Of a stretch of DNA of 64,000 nt, positions 31,882-41,494 are shown piece by piece. The DNA is from an uncultured Bacteroidota bacterium (GTDB lineage Bacteria > Bacteroidota > Bacteroidia > Bacteroidales > VadinHA17), in assembly GCA_963843415.1 (NCBI GenBank), contig CAWJKD010000004.1:80424-144423 (forward strand), written 5' to 3'. The translations under genes and the position numbers were made by a program. Numbering within the stretch: the stretch's first letter is position 1; each line of letters opens with the position of its first letter. The notes under the pieces were generated by a model. It saw nothing but the letters and a program-made list of their open reading frames with translations, was not told the origin of the DNA and ran no database searches.

Positions 31882-32838
31882 TTATAAACCAAGTTTTTCA
31901 GATATTTCCATCATTCTCATAATCGGCTTTCTTGCAGCAGCCATTAACTCCTTTTCCAAAAGTATTTCAGGATTTTCGTTCTTAAGGCAGTTGAATATTT
32001 TTTCAACAGTAATAAGCTTCATAAAGTTGCATTCACTGCATCCGCATGTAGAATCTTTAGGCGGTGCCGGAATATATTTTTTTAAAGGATTTGTTTTTAT
32101 CATCTGGTGAATTATGCCAGGTTCAGTTGCGACTATATAAATATTTCCTTCATCTTTTTTGATAAAATCGAGCAATCCTGATGTAGATCCGATGTAATCA
32201 GCAACCATCCTCACAGGTAGTTCACATTCAGGATGTACAATAACCTTTGCTTCCGGATACTCTTCTTTTAACTTAAGGATAGCTTCAATAGAAAACTCTT
32301 CATGTACATGACAAGTTCCATTAAATACTACTATATCCCTTCCTGTTTTATTCACTACATAATTACCCAGGTTTCTGTCCGGTGCAAATATTATTTTTTC
32401 CTTTGCAGGAAGCGAATTAACGATCTGAACAGCATTTGAAGATGTACATGAAATATCTGATAATGCTTTTATTTCTGCAGTAGTATTAACATAAGTTATA
32501 ACTGTTCTCCCCGGATTGGCATCAATAAATTTCTTAAAATCCTCAGCTTTACATGAATCAGCAAGAGAACATCCTGCATTCATATCAGGAAGCAGAACTT
32601 TTTTACCGGGTGCCAGTATTTTGGCTGTTTCAGCCATAAATTTAACTCCTGCAAAAAGTATTATATCTGCATCATTAGAAGCTGCTTTTTGAGACAGAGC
32701 AAGACTATCACCAACAAAATCTGCCAGGTCCTGAATATCTCCAGTCTGATAATAATGAGCAAGAATGACAGCATTTTTCTCTTCTTTCATTCTTACTATT
32801 TCCGAAATATAATTATGCTTATTATCTCCCTCCATCAC
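31882..32838 (-). CDS. nadA: Quinolinate synthase
   Basis: ILAHYYQ near the N-terminus. Cluster-ligand Cys residues are in the expected regions. 318 aa. Confidence 0.9.
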   Translation of the reverse strand: MMEGDNKHNYISEIVRMKEEKNAVILAHYYQTGDIQDLADFVGDSLALSQKAASNDADIILFAGVKFMAETAKILAPGKKVLLPDMNAGCSLADSCKAEDFKKFIDANPGRTVITYVNTTAEIKALSDISCTSSNAVQIVNSLPAKEKIIFAPDRNLGNYVVNKTGRDIVVFNGTCHVHEEFSIEAILKLKEEYPEAKVIVHPECELPVRMVADYIGSTSGLLDFIKKDEGNIYIVATEPGIIHQMIKTNPLKKYIPAPPKDSTCGCSECNFMKLITVEKIFNCLKNENPEILLEKELMAAARKPIMRMMEISEKLGL

Positions 32839-33226
32839 CGATTGTTATTTTATTAACATTACATATTCTTTTATATTAATTTAATTTAAGTATTTATGAT
32901 AATAATAATATGCTGTTAGTTGTGTTTAAATTCTATGAAGATTTTAATTGTTTTTTTCGCAATTATCATTAAACAAACATCTTTTAAACAGCTCAAAAAA
33001 TATACCACTTTTGATTATCAATCTATTACTTAAAAAATTAACAACTGTTATTAAACAGATATAAGCAATGTTAACAGAACAAATGTATTGTTTTTAGTGT
33101 TCATTAATAGTTTATTCTTTGCCATAATTTTATTAAAACTATTAATAAAATAACATCATTATTTCAAAGTACGGTTTTTACACACAAATATGATATTTTG
33201 TGAAATGTTAATACGTCTCTTTTTAC

Positions 33227-33239
33227 ATGTTATTAACAT
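33227..33239. promoter_or_regulatory. Palindrome ATGTTA-t-TAACAT within the nadA / rpiB-rrf2 divergent intergenic region (candidate operator)
   Basis: 6-1-6 perfect inverted repeat. Related TGTTAA(C/T) copies occur at ~33051, 33069, 33205 and 33284. Confidence 0.3.
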
Positions 33240-33365
33240 ATCTTCGTAAGATACAGAATCTAAACATTTGAGATCAAAATTTGTTAACCTTTTAAAAAGT
33301 AATATAAAATAAGGATAAAAGAATATTTTTTTCTTTATTTGATCCTTTGTTTAAAAGCCGGGAAA

Positions 33366-33812
33366 GTGAAAAACAGGAAAATAGTAATAGTATCGGATCA
33401 TGCTGGTTATTATTTGAAAGGAAAAGTATTGGATTTTCTTATAAAAGAAAAATATAATATAAAGGATATCGGAACATTTTCCCCGGAAAGTGTTGATTAT
33501 CCTGACTTTGGTCATCAGTTGGCACAAGCTGTCGCTGACGGAGAATATGAAGTTGGGATATCAATATGCGGAACCGGTAACGGCATTAATATGACAGCAA
33601 ACAAGCACCAGGGAATAAGAAGTGCATTATGCTGGAATGAAGAAATAAGCAAACTGGCCAGAGCACATAATGATGCAAATATCTGTGCATTACCCGGAAG
33701 GTTTATTACAGAAGCAGAAGCATTTGTAATTGTAAAGACTTTTCTTGAGACACCTTTTGAGGGAGGCCGTCATAAAAGAAGAATAGATAAGATTCCATTA
33801 AAATTATATTAA
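33366..33812 (+). CDS. rpiB: Ribose-5-phosphate isomerase B
   Basis: Motifs IVIVSDHAGY, ICGTGNGINMTANK and ARAHNDANI. The start is uncertain (GTG at 33366, or the tracked 33339). Confidence 0.85.
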   Translation: MKNRKIVIVSDHAGYYLKGKVLDFLIKEKYNIKDIGTFSPESVDYPDFGHQLAQAVADGEYEVGISICGTGNGINMTANKHQGIRSALCWNEEISKLARAHNDANICALPGRFITEAEAFVIVKTFLETPFEGGRHKRRIDKIPLKLY

Positions 33813-34253
33813 ATGCTTTCAAATTCATGTAAATATGGAATCAGGGCGGTAATTTATATTGCCAGCCGACAGAAAGATAATGGTAAAACAGGAATTAAAC
33901 AGATTTCAGAAGACCTTGGTCTGCCTACACCATTTCTTGCAAAAATCCTTCAGCAGCTGGCTAAACACAAAATACTGATTTCGCTAAAAGGGCCCCATGG
34001 CGGATTTTCTCTTCTGAAAGAGCCAAAAAAGATAACACTTCTTGATATTATAAGAATTATCGACGGAGACGAAGTTTTTACAAGCTGCATAACGCACAAT
34101 ACAACATGCACAAATGCAATCAAAGGTAAACGCACCTGTCCTCTTCATGATGATTTTTCAGTCATAAGAACTAAAATGGGTGAGATATTCGGTAGCAGAA
34201 CTATTTACGATCTGGTGAAAAAATCGGAAAATATAGAAAAGATCCTCATTTAA
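33813..34253 (+). CDS. Rrf2-family transcriptional regulator with three Cys (possible Fe-S ligands)
   Basis: N-terminal winged helix CKYGIRAVIYIA. C-terminal part has C...C...C (SCITHNTTCTNAIKGKRTCP). Its start directly abuts the rpiB stop. Confidence 0.8.
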   Translation: MLSNSCKYGIRAVIYIASRQKDNGKTGIKQISEDLGLPTPFLAKILQQLAKHKILISLKGPHGGFSLLKEPKKITLLDIIRIIDGDEVFTSCITHNTTCTNAIKGKRTCPLHDDFSVIRTKMGEIFGSRTIYDLVKKSENIEKILI

Positions 34254-34627
34254 TTTTCTGTCCTGTAATATGGTTTGAAAAGCAACCATAACAACATAGC
34301 TGAAACAATACCGGCAGAATTTGAAAGTGCATCCAGAATCTCTCCTCTGCGGTCTGATGTGATAAGCATCTGAAACAGCTCCATCAGTGTTCCAAAAAAT
34401 AATGGAATTAAAGAGATCAATATCAGCTGTCTTGTATTACGGAATGAATTTTTATGTTCAAGAATTATAACTGCCATTAAAATAAAATAGAGACCAAAAT
34501 GCCCTATTTTATCTATATAAGGAATATTGCCAACCTGGCCAATTGTAAGAGATCCTGCAAGACTGAGGTAAATAATTATCAGGGTAGTAAGAATTGTGAA
34601 GATATTCTTTTTAATCATAATTTTCAA
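34250..34627 (-). CDS. VanZ-family membrane protein
   Basis: 125 aa with 4 TM segments and a DKIGHFGLYFIL motif. Confidence 0.65.
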   Translation of the reverse strand: MKIMIKKNIFTILTTLIIIYLSLAGSLTIGQVGNIPYIDKIGHFGLYFILMAVIILEHKNSFRNTRQLILISLIPLFFGTLMELFQMLITSDRRGEILDALSNSAGIVSAMLLWLLFKPYYRTEN

Positions 34628-34689
34628 TTTGATGCAAATGTAGTTATTAGAATGGCATTTTTTTATAATTTTATAGAATGTAATTAATT

Positions 34690-35829
34690 ATGGCCGGAAT
34701 ATATATACATATACCTTTTTGTAAAAAGCTTTGTCATTACTGTGATTTTTATCACGTTGTCTCAAATGATGATCATACAGATTTTATTTCAGCTCTTATG
34801 AAAGAGGCAGAAATAAAGCAAAATTATCTGGGCAAAGAGACTATTTCTACTGTTTATTTTGGTGGTGGCACGCCTTCTGTATTCACTGTAAATGAAGTTG
34901 ACACCATACTAAAACACCTGTATAAACATTTTCCGATAGAAAATGACTGTGAAATAACAATTGAATTAAATCCGGACGATATATTTCCGGAATATCTGAA
35001 AGGGCTTAAAGATATTAATATTAACAGAACAAGTCTGGGCATTCAGTCATGGTATGATGAGGACCTTAAAATGCTGAACAGAAGACATACAGCAGAAGGA
35101 GCAGCAAAAGCCCTGAATTATTTAATTAAAGCCGGTTTCGACAATATATCTGTTGATCTGATATATGGAATTCCGGGAATGAACATCGAACGATGGACTT
35201 CAAATATTGACAGAACATTAATATTTGACATACAACACTTATCAGCTTATCATCTGACAATTGAACCCGGAACACTCTTTGGGAAAATGATGAAAAAAGG
35301 CCGATTTAAAGAAACCGACGAAGAGGAGAGTGTTGCCGAATTTAATTTGCTAATTGAAAAAGCGGAAGCAGCAGGATTTATACATTATGAAATATCCAAT
35401 TTTGGCAGGCCCGGGTATTTCTCAGTGCATAATACCAATTATTGGAAACAGATACCTTATATCGGGCTTGGACCATCTGCCCACTCATTTAACGGGTACT
35501 CGCGGCAGTGGAATCTTCCAAATCTAAAAAAATATACAAAATACCTGAAAGAGGACAAACTCTTTTTTGAAAAGGAAGAGCTTGATCTTAAAAAAAAGTT
35601 TAATGAATATATCCTGACATCATTAAGGACAATGTGGGGAATTGACCTTGAATATGTAGAAAACGCTTTCGAAAAAGAAGGATATGATTATGTAATTAAT
35701 ATGGCAGGGAAATTTATCAATTATGGTTTGATGGTGCAGAAAGAAAAATCCCTGATCCTTACGAACCAGGGAAAAATGATATCAGATAATATTATTTCAG
35801 AATTTATGATGCCGGGTAAGAACGATTAA
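34690..35829 (+). CDS. hemW: Radical SAM heme chaperone HemW (oxygen-independent coproporphyrinogen oxidase-like)
   Basis: N-terminus IYIHIPFCKKLCHYCDF (CxxxCxxC) and the GGGTPS motif. 379 aa. Confidence 0.85.
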   Translation: MAGIYIHIPFCKKLCHYCDFYHVVSNDDHTDFISALMKEAEIKQNYLGKETISTVYFGGGTPSVFTVNEVDTILKHLYKHFPIENDCEITIELNPDDIFPEYLKGLKDININRTSLGIQSWYDEDLKMLNRRHTAEGAAKALNYLIKAGFDNISVDLIYGIPGMNIERWTSNIDRTLIFDIQHLSAYHLTIEPGTLFGKMMKKGRFKETDEEESVAEFNLLIEKAEAAGFIHYEISNFGRPGYFSVHNTNYWKQIPYIGLGPSAHSFNGYSRQWNLPNLKKYTKYLKEDKLFFEKEELDLKKKFNEYILTSLRTMWGIDLEYVENAFEKEGYDYVINMAGKFINYGLMVQKEKSLILTNQGKMISDNIISEFMMPGKND

Positions 35830-36731
35830 CGTTTTGTCAAGGCAAATATAGACTTCCCAATTATGTTATCTTCAAGATAAAGCTCAACAGTATAATTACC
35901 TATAACAAAATCTCCGGTATTTTCGAGGAAAACGCACATCTCTATATCCTGATTCATATAATCTACCATCCGGCTTGCTGAATAGACCAGCGTGTTTCCT
36001 TTATAATTAAAAATATTATCAGCGCTTGTAGTTATTACAAGAGAATCGGGTCTGATAACTCTCATAAATACCTCTTTCTGACCGGCAGAAGCGATAGGGT
36101 TTTCTCGAAGGACAAAACATGTCCTTAAATTTTCCAGGGCATTGATCCTTGCTGTCTCTTTCCGTTTCTTATTCAAAGCAGCCACAACTATATCCTTTGC
36201 CTGGATAACAGATGCAATTTCTACCTTGGCATCGAGTTCTTCCTTGACTTTTGTAAGTTCAACATTGGAGTTCTGTACTTTTGTTATTTCGTCTTTGATC
36301 TGAATATTCTCAGCGACAAGCAATTTATTCTTGGTATTGAGAGAGTCAATCTGCACAATATAGCTTTTCATAATATCTCTCATTGTGGAAATCTCACTTC
36401 GGTATTTTTTTATCAACTGTACATTTGAAGCATTAATAGAGAGAAGCTGGATTATTCTGTTTTTTTCTCTTTGAAGATTTGCATTCAGGGTGTCATTATC
36501 CGTTTTAAGAGTGTCATAGCCTGCCACCATCCTCTTTAACTCATTAGCCAGGGAATCTTTTTCCTGCGTGAGAACCATTTCCATTTCAATCATCTTGTTC
36601 TTCTGGTCAAAATACATTACTACCAGAAATATTAGAGCACCAGCCAGAAGAATTGATAATGCTATCATTCCGATGGGTGCTTTCTTTTTCTCTTCCCGTA
36701 CTATCTGAGGGTTACTGGTTGTCTCTGCCAT
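35826..36731 (-). CDS. Hypothetical membrane-anchored coiled-coil protein
   Basis: One N-terminal TM segment (IGMIALSILLAGALIFLVVMYF), ~170 aa of heptad-like sequence, then a beta-rich C-terminal domain. I recognised no motif. Confidence 0.5.
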   Translation of the reverse strand: MAETTSNPQIVREEKKKAPIGMIALSILLAGALIFLVVMYFDQKNKMIEMEMVLTQEKDSLANELKRMVAGYDTLKTDNDTLNANLQREKNRIIQLLSINASNVQLIKKYRSEISTMRDIMKSYIVQIDSLNTKNKLLVAENIQIKDEITKVQNSNVELTKVKEELDAKVEIASVIQAKDIVVAALNKKRKETARINALENLRTCFVLRENPIASAGQKEVFMRVIRPDSLVITTSADNIFNYKGNTLVYSASRMVDYMNQDIEMCVFLENTGDFVIGNYTVELYLEDNIIGKSIFALTKR

Positions 36732-36857
36732 TTATGTGATTTTTAATAAAGTATAAGCTCACAAAAATAATAATATCTCTTACAATTTATTATATCCGAT
36801 TCAATGATTAAATTTACAAGACAGAAATTAATATTTAACGTATTTATAATCAGTATT

Positions 36858-38261
36858 ATGAGTGGTTTTTATGGTATAGTATCCAAACAAGATTGTGTGA
36901 AAGATATTTTTTACGGAACAGATTATCATTCTCATCTCGGAACAAAACGAGCCGGGATGGTCTTTATTGTTCCCGGAAAGGGATTCAGACGATCAATTCA
37001 TACCATTGAAAACTCCTATTTCAGAAACAAGTTTGAGAGTGAGCTGAATGAATTTGCGGGAAATTCAGGGATGGGAATAATAAGCGATACCGATCCTCAG
37101 CCAATACTTTTCGGCTCGCACCTGGGGAAATTTGCAATTGTAACAGTCAGTCGCCTGCTGAACATTAATGAACTTGAAGAAAAGATACTGAGTCAGAAAA
37201 ATCATTTTACCGAGAATTTTGAAGGGAATATCAATCCCACAGAGGTAATCGCCAATCTTATATGCGAAAAAGAAGATTTTATTTCGGGTATTGAAAATGT
37301 TTTTGAAAATATTAAAGGATCATGCTCACTGATGATTCTCACAGAAGGGGGAATAATAGCTGCAAGAGATAAGCTGGGACGGACTCCTGTTGTAATAGGC
37401 AAAAAGGAAGGTGCATATGCTGTGGCATCAGAATCTTGCTCTTTTCCCAACACAGGATTTGAACTTGAATATTTTATGGGGCCGGGAGAGATTGTTCATG
37501 TAACATCAGACGGATATACACAGCTTAAATCACCCGGGGAAAAAATGCAGATATGTACATTTCTATGGGTATATTATGGATATCCTCCATCATATTATGA
37601 AGGTATAAATGTTGATGAATGCCGTTACAGATGCGGCGCATCACTTGCACGGAGGGATAGTGTCAAAGCTGATTTTGTATGCGGGATACCCGATTCAGGC
37701 GTTGGACATGCCATTGGTTACGGGAATGAAAAAAGAATACCGAATAAAAGGGCATATTCAAAATACACAGCAACATGGCCACGCAGCTTTCTGCCTTCAT
37801 TTCAGGAGCAGAGAGCGCTTGTGGCAAGGATGAAGCTTATACCTAATAAAGCAGTAATTGAAGGGAAAAGAATAGTATTTATCGATGACAGCATTGTTAG
37901 AGGGACCCAACTGAAGGACAATACAAATGACATGCGAAAATGCGGTGCCGCAGAATTACACATGCGAATCGCATGTCCGCCCTTATTGCACTCCTGCGAT
38001 TTTCTTAATTTCACCCAGTCAAGGACGCCCATGGAACTCGCTGCGAGACGCGCAATAAAAGATATGAACGGGAATGAAAATGAATTGAATGAGTATTCTG
38101 ATCCGGATTCAGAGAAGTACAAAAAAATGGTTGAAAAAATTGCTGAAAACCTTGACCTTAATTCCCTGATATATCAACGGCTTGACGATCTTATTGAAGC
38201 AATAGGGCTTCCAAAAGAAAAACTTTGTACTCATTGCTGGGACGGAAGCAGTTATTTTTAG
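36858..38261 (+). CDS. Amidophosphoribosyltransferase-like (PurF family) protein with Ser instead of the N-terminal nucleophile Cys
   Basis: PRPP motif VFIDDSIVRGTQ. Fe-S ligand-like Cys are present (QICTF, ACPPLLHSCDF, CTHCWDG). The N-terminus is MSGFYGIV where PurF has MCGI(V/F)GI. The tracked ORF begins at 36804. Confidence 0.7.
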   Translation: MSGFYGIVSKQDCVKDIFYGTDYHSHLGTKRAGMVFIVPGKGFRRSIHTIENSYFRNKFESELNEFAGNSGMGIISDTDPQPILFGSHLGKFAIVTVSRLLNINELEEKILSQKNHFTENFEGNINPTEVIANLICEKEDFISGIENVFENIKGSCSLMILTEGGIIAARDKLGRTPVVIGKKEGAYAVASESCSFPNTGFELEYFMGPGEIVHVTSDGYTQLKSPGEKMQICTFLWVYYGYPPSYYEGINVDECRYRCGASLARRDSVKADFVCGIPDSGVGHAIGYGNEKRIPNKRAYSKYTATWPRSFLPSFQEQRALVARMKLIPNKAVIEGKRIVFIDDSIVRGTQLKDNTNDMRKCGAAELHMRIACPPLLHSCDFLNFTQSRTPMELAARRAIKDMNGNENELNEYSDPDSEKYKKMVEKIAENLDLNSLIYQRLDDLIEAIGLPKEKLCTHCWDGSSYF

Positions 38262-38263
38262 CT

Positions 38264-38285
38264 ACGGCGCAACGGCGCAACGGCA
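38264..38285. repeat. GC-rich micro-tandem repeat (ACGGCGCA x ~2.75) immediately after the purF-like stop codon
   Basis: Read directly: ACGGCGCA ACGGCGCA ACGGCA. Confidence 0.6.
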
Positions 38286-38323
38286 CAGGGGCTTAAAGGC
38301 TGAAGGGTGTAAAAAAATTTATA

Positions 38324-38343
38324 TTCCCCACCAGAGTGGGGAA
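38324..38343 (+). terminator. Hairpin TTCCCCAC-caga-GTGGGGAA downstream of the purF-like gene
   Basis: Perfect 8-bp stem with a 4-nt loop. There is no strong U-tract. Confidence 0.45.
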
Positions 38344-38376
38344 GAGAAGGGTTTGAACTTTTAAATATAGAATTTT

Positions 38377-39222
38377 ATGAAATACGTCGGTGCACATGTG
38401 AGTGCTGAAGGCGGAGTACAGAATGCTCCGGTTAATGCTCATGAGATAGCTGCAAAAGCGTTTGCTCTTTTTACAAAAAATCAAAGGCAATGGTTTTCGA
38501 ACCCTCTGACGCAAAAGAGCATCACCGAATTCAGGGAGAATTGTGAAAAATATGATTATAAGCCGTTTCAGATTCTGCCACACGACAGCTACCTCATTAA
38601 CCTCGGACATCCTGAAAAAGAACAACTCGAAAAATCGAGAAAATCATTTCTTGACGAAATGAAAAGATGTGAGCTGCTCGGCCTTGACAGGCTTAATTTT
38701 CACCCGGGAAGCCATCTTAATGCAATTTCAGTTGAAGATTGTCTCAAAAGGATAGCAGAGTCAATAAACGTTGTGCTTGATAAAACAACCGGAGTTACTG
38801 CAGTTATTGAAAATACCGCAGGGCAGGGAACTAACCTGGGACATACTTTTGAAGAGATAAAAGAAATTATCAGTTTTGTTGATGATAAATCACGGATCGG
38901 TGTATGTATCGACACCTGTCATGCTTATACATCGGGATATGATGTAAAAACATCAACCGGTTTTAACGAGACCTTTAAGAAATTTAATGAAGCAATAGGA
39001 TTTAAATATCTTAAAGGGATGCATCTGAATGATTCGAAAAAAGAATTTGCTTCTCGCGTCGATCGTCATGAAAACCTGGGAACAGGTTTCCTGGGGGAGG
39101 AGGTCTTTTCTTTAATCATGAATGATGACCGCTTTGACAATATGCCATTAATACTTGAAACACCGGACGAATCGCTCTGGGCAGCAGAGATAAAAAAATT
39201 GTATTCTCTTATCGGAAAGTGA
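38377..39222 (+). CDS. nfo: Deoxyribonuclease IV (endonuclease IV)
   Basis: N-terminus [13 protein letters not shown], plus FHPGSH, ENTAGQG and a CIDTCHA-type metal site. Confidence 0.9.
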   Translation: MKYVGAHVSAEGGVQNAPVNAHEIAAKAFALFTKNQRQWFSNPLTQKSITEFRENCEKYDYKPFQILPHDSYLINLGHPEKEQLEKSRKSFLDEMKRCELLGLDRLNFHPGSHLNAISVEDCLKRIAESINVVLDKTTGVTAVIENTAGQGTNLGHTFEEIKEIISFVDDKSRIGVCIDTCHAYTSGYDVKTSTGFNETFKKFNEAIGFKYLKGMHLNDSKKEFASRVDRHENLGTGFLGEEVFSLIMNDDRFDNMPLILETPDESLWAAEIKKLYSLIGK

Positions 39223-39223
39223 T

Positions 39224-40018
39224 TTAATGGGATTGCTTTTTTAAGATAATTTCCTGAATATCAATATTTTTTAGTTTCTCTTTTGCCGCAATGTACCCGA
39301 CCTCAAAAACTGCTTCAGCTTTCTCAGGATCCAGGATCCCATAATTTTTAAGCGCCACAGGGGCTATAAAAAGGTCAAATTTCCTGGATTTTTCAAGCAC
39401 CTCTTTCGACATACTAAGCATAAAAGTTCTTACGGCAATTTGCATTAATCCGCTTATATGTTCTTCATTAGCGGTAGGGTTGACAAAAGAGCCTATAGTA
39501 AAAAGACACTTGTCTTCAATGGGAAGCAGAGGAAGATTATCAAGAACACCACCGTCAACGTAGTAATTATTGTTGATAATAACAGGTTTAAATAAAACCG
39601 GAATGCTGGCTGAAGCAATTACCGGATCCATGATCTCGCCCTTTGAAAAATAGACGATTTTGCCTTTGTTTATATTTGTTGCGGAAACAAACAAAGGAAT
39701 TTTAAGCTCCTCAAAAGTTTTTGCTTTAAGATGACTTTCCAGGATCTTAATAATTCCTGAAATCTGCAATAATCCATCACGTGGAAGAGCAGGCTTCATA
39801 TAATTCAACCGGCTGCTGGGTTTCATGATCTTAAATATCTCTTTCGGTGTGTACCCGTCACAGTACAAAACGCCAGCCAGAGCTCCGGCGCTCGCTCCCG
39901 AAATTACATCCGGATAAATCCCCGATTCGTTTAATGCCTGTATTACTCCAAGATGAGCAAATCCTCTTGCGCCTCCACCGCTAAGGACTAATCCGATTTT
40001 ATATTTTTCGTCTGGCAT
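39224..40018 (-). CDS. Patatin-like phospholipase
   Basis: Oxyanion GLVLSGGGARG, nucleophile elbow GASAGA, and catalytic DGG. Confidence 0.85.
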   Translation of the reverse strand: MPDEKYKIGLVLSGGGARGFAHLGVIQALNESGIYPDVISGASAGALAGVLYCDGYTPKEIFKIMKPSSRLNYMKPALPRDGLLQISGIIKILESHLKAKTFEELKIPLFVSATNINKGKIVYFSKGEIMDPVIASASIPVLFKPVIINNNYYVDGGVLDNLPLLPIEDKCLFTIGSFVNPTANEEHISGLMQIAVRTFMLSMSKEVLEKSRKFDLFIAPVALKNYGILDPEKAEAVFEVGYIAAKEKLKNIDIQEIILKKQSH

Positions 40019-40035
40019 TTATATAAGATATTTTT

Positions 40036-41328
40036 TTATCTGAGAATAATATCAAAAAGCAATTTCAGATTAAGGTAAGTCACTATTAATGCTATAATAG
40101 ACAACAGAACAAACATAAGCCTTGTGTTTGCGTATTTTCCCATTACTTTTTTGGATGATGTAAGATATACCTGTGTAAATACAGTAAAAGGAAGCTGAAT
40201 GCTGAGGAAAACCTGTGAAAGGATCAATCCCCTAAAAGGATTTCTGATAAAAAAGATAATAACTAAAGCACCAAGGATGGAGATCAAAACGCCTGTTCTG
40301 GTATGATTATCTTTAATGTTATAAGGTTCCCTGACCATCCCCGATACTATAGAACCGCCGGCCATTGCAGAAGTAATTGCGGAGGCTAAACCTGAGAACA
40401 ATAAAGCGATCGCAAAAACAACGGCGGCATTTTTTCCCAGAAGAGGTTCAAGCAAACTCTTAGCTTGTTGCAGCTCATATACTTCTGTTTTATTACTAAA
40501 GAATGTGGCGGCAGCCAGGATTATCATTGCACTGTTGATAGCCCACCCTATGATCATAGAAAACAGAGTGTCTGCAAATTCAAACTTCAGTTGTTTTTTA
40601 ATTATTTGCTCTTCTTTAAGATTCCATTGACGGCTTTGTATAACTTCCGAATGCAGAAACAGGTTATGTGGCATAACAACAGCACCCAGCACGCTCATCA
40701 GCAACAACATGGAACCTTCGGGAATAGAAGGCTTAATCCATGCAATGCCGGCCTGAGCCCAGTCAACATCGGCCAGAAATACTTCATAAAGGAATGAAAG
40801 ACCAATAATTGAGACAAAGGCAATTATCCATTTCTCTATTTTCTCATAGGAATTTGTAAAAAGCATTATTAAAACAAAAATAGCGACAAGCAATGCTCCT
40901 GTTTTAATTGGCACCCTGAAAAGCATTTCCAGAGCAATAGCCCCGCCAAGAATCTCGGCAAGCGAAGTTGCCACCGATACCAGAACAGCAAACGAAAGGA
41001 TTGATTTTGAAACCAGTGGTTTTGTATAGATAGTCGTTGCCTCAGAGAGGCAATATCCTGTAACTATGCCAAGATGAGCTACATTGTGCTGCAGAAAGAT
41101 CAGCATAATCGTAGACAGAGAGACTATCCACAGAAGTGTATAACCGAATTCAGATCCCGAGGCAATATTAGCAGCCCAGTTGCCCGGATCAGTAAATCCT
41201 ACTGTAACCAGCAAACCCGGGCCAATGTATTTAAAAATATCGAGAGCTCCAAAAACCCGGACATGATCTTTTCTTTTCAGATCACGTAAAAAACGAACCG
41301 GATTTAATATATTTTTCAGATTTGCCAT
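40036..41328 (-). CDS. mntH: Nramp-family divalent metal (Mn2+/Fe2+) transporter
   Basis: 430-aa polytopic protein. The DPGN motif appears as GFTDPGNWAANI, and MPHNLFLHS is present. Confidence 0.85.
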   Translation of the reverse strand: MANLKNILNPVRFLRDLKRKDHVRVFGALDIFKYIGPGLLVTVGFTDPGNWAANIASGSEFGYTLLWIVSLSTIMLIFLQHNVAHLGIVTGYCLSEATTIYTKPLVSKSILSFAVLVSVATSLAEILGGAIALEMLFRVPIKTGALLVAIFVLIMLFTNSYEKIEKWIIAFVSIIGLSFLYEVFLADVDWAQAGIAWIKPSIPEGSMLLLMSVLGAVVMPHNLFLHSEVIQSRQWNLKEEQIIKKQLKFEFADTLFSMIIGWAINSAMIILAAATFFSNKTEVYELQQAKSLLEPLLGKNAAVVFAIALLFSGLASAITSAMAGGSIVSGMVREPYNIKDNHTRTGVLISILGALVIIFFIRNPFRGLILSQVFLSIQLPFTVFTQVYLTSSKKVMGKYANTRLMFVLLSIIALIVTYLNLKLLFDIILR

Positions 41329-41389
41329 GATATACTCTTACTCAGGCATTTATGGTGTGATATTCCTTATACGGGCTGATAACAAAGAT

Positions 41390-41408
41390 ATGTAATTCAT
41401 TTACACAT
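41390..41408. promoter_or_regulatory. Imperfect palindrome ATGTAA-ttcat-TTACAcAT upstream of mntH (candidate metalloregulator operator)
   Basis: It lies 62-80 nt upstream of the mntH start on the minus strand, in the mntH / yciI divergent region. One arm position is mismatched. Confidence 0.2.
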
Positions 41409-41494
41409 AAGAGATAAAATGCAGAACTAAAAATATGGTATCTTTAGTTAAATTTGGAGGTAATTAACAGAGTATAGAACTAATAATTCATCCC

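Noticed and set aside
32839-33365. The AT-rich 500-bp gap considered as a CRISPR array, mobile-element end or replication origin
   Set aside because: It has no regularly spaced direct repeats of 25-40 nt, no terminal inverted repeats with a transposase, and no DnaA-box clusters or adjacent dnaA/dnaN. Only short TGTTAA-type dyads were seen, and those are reported as possible operators.
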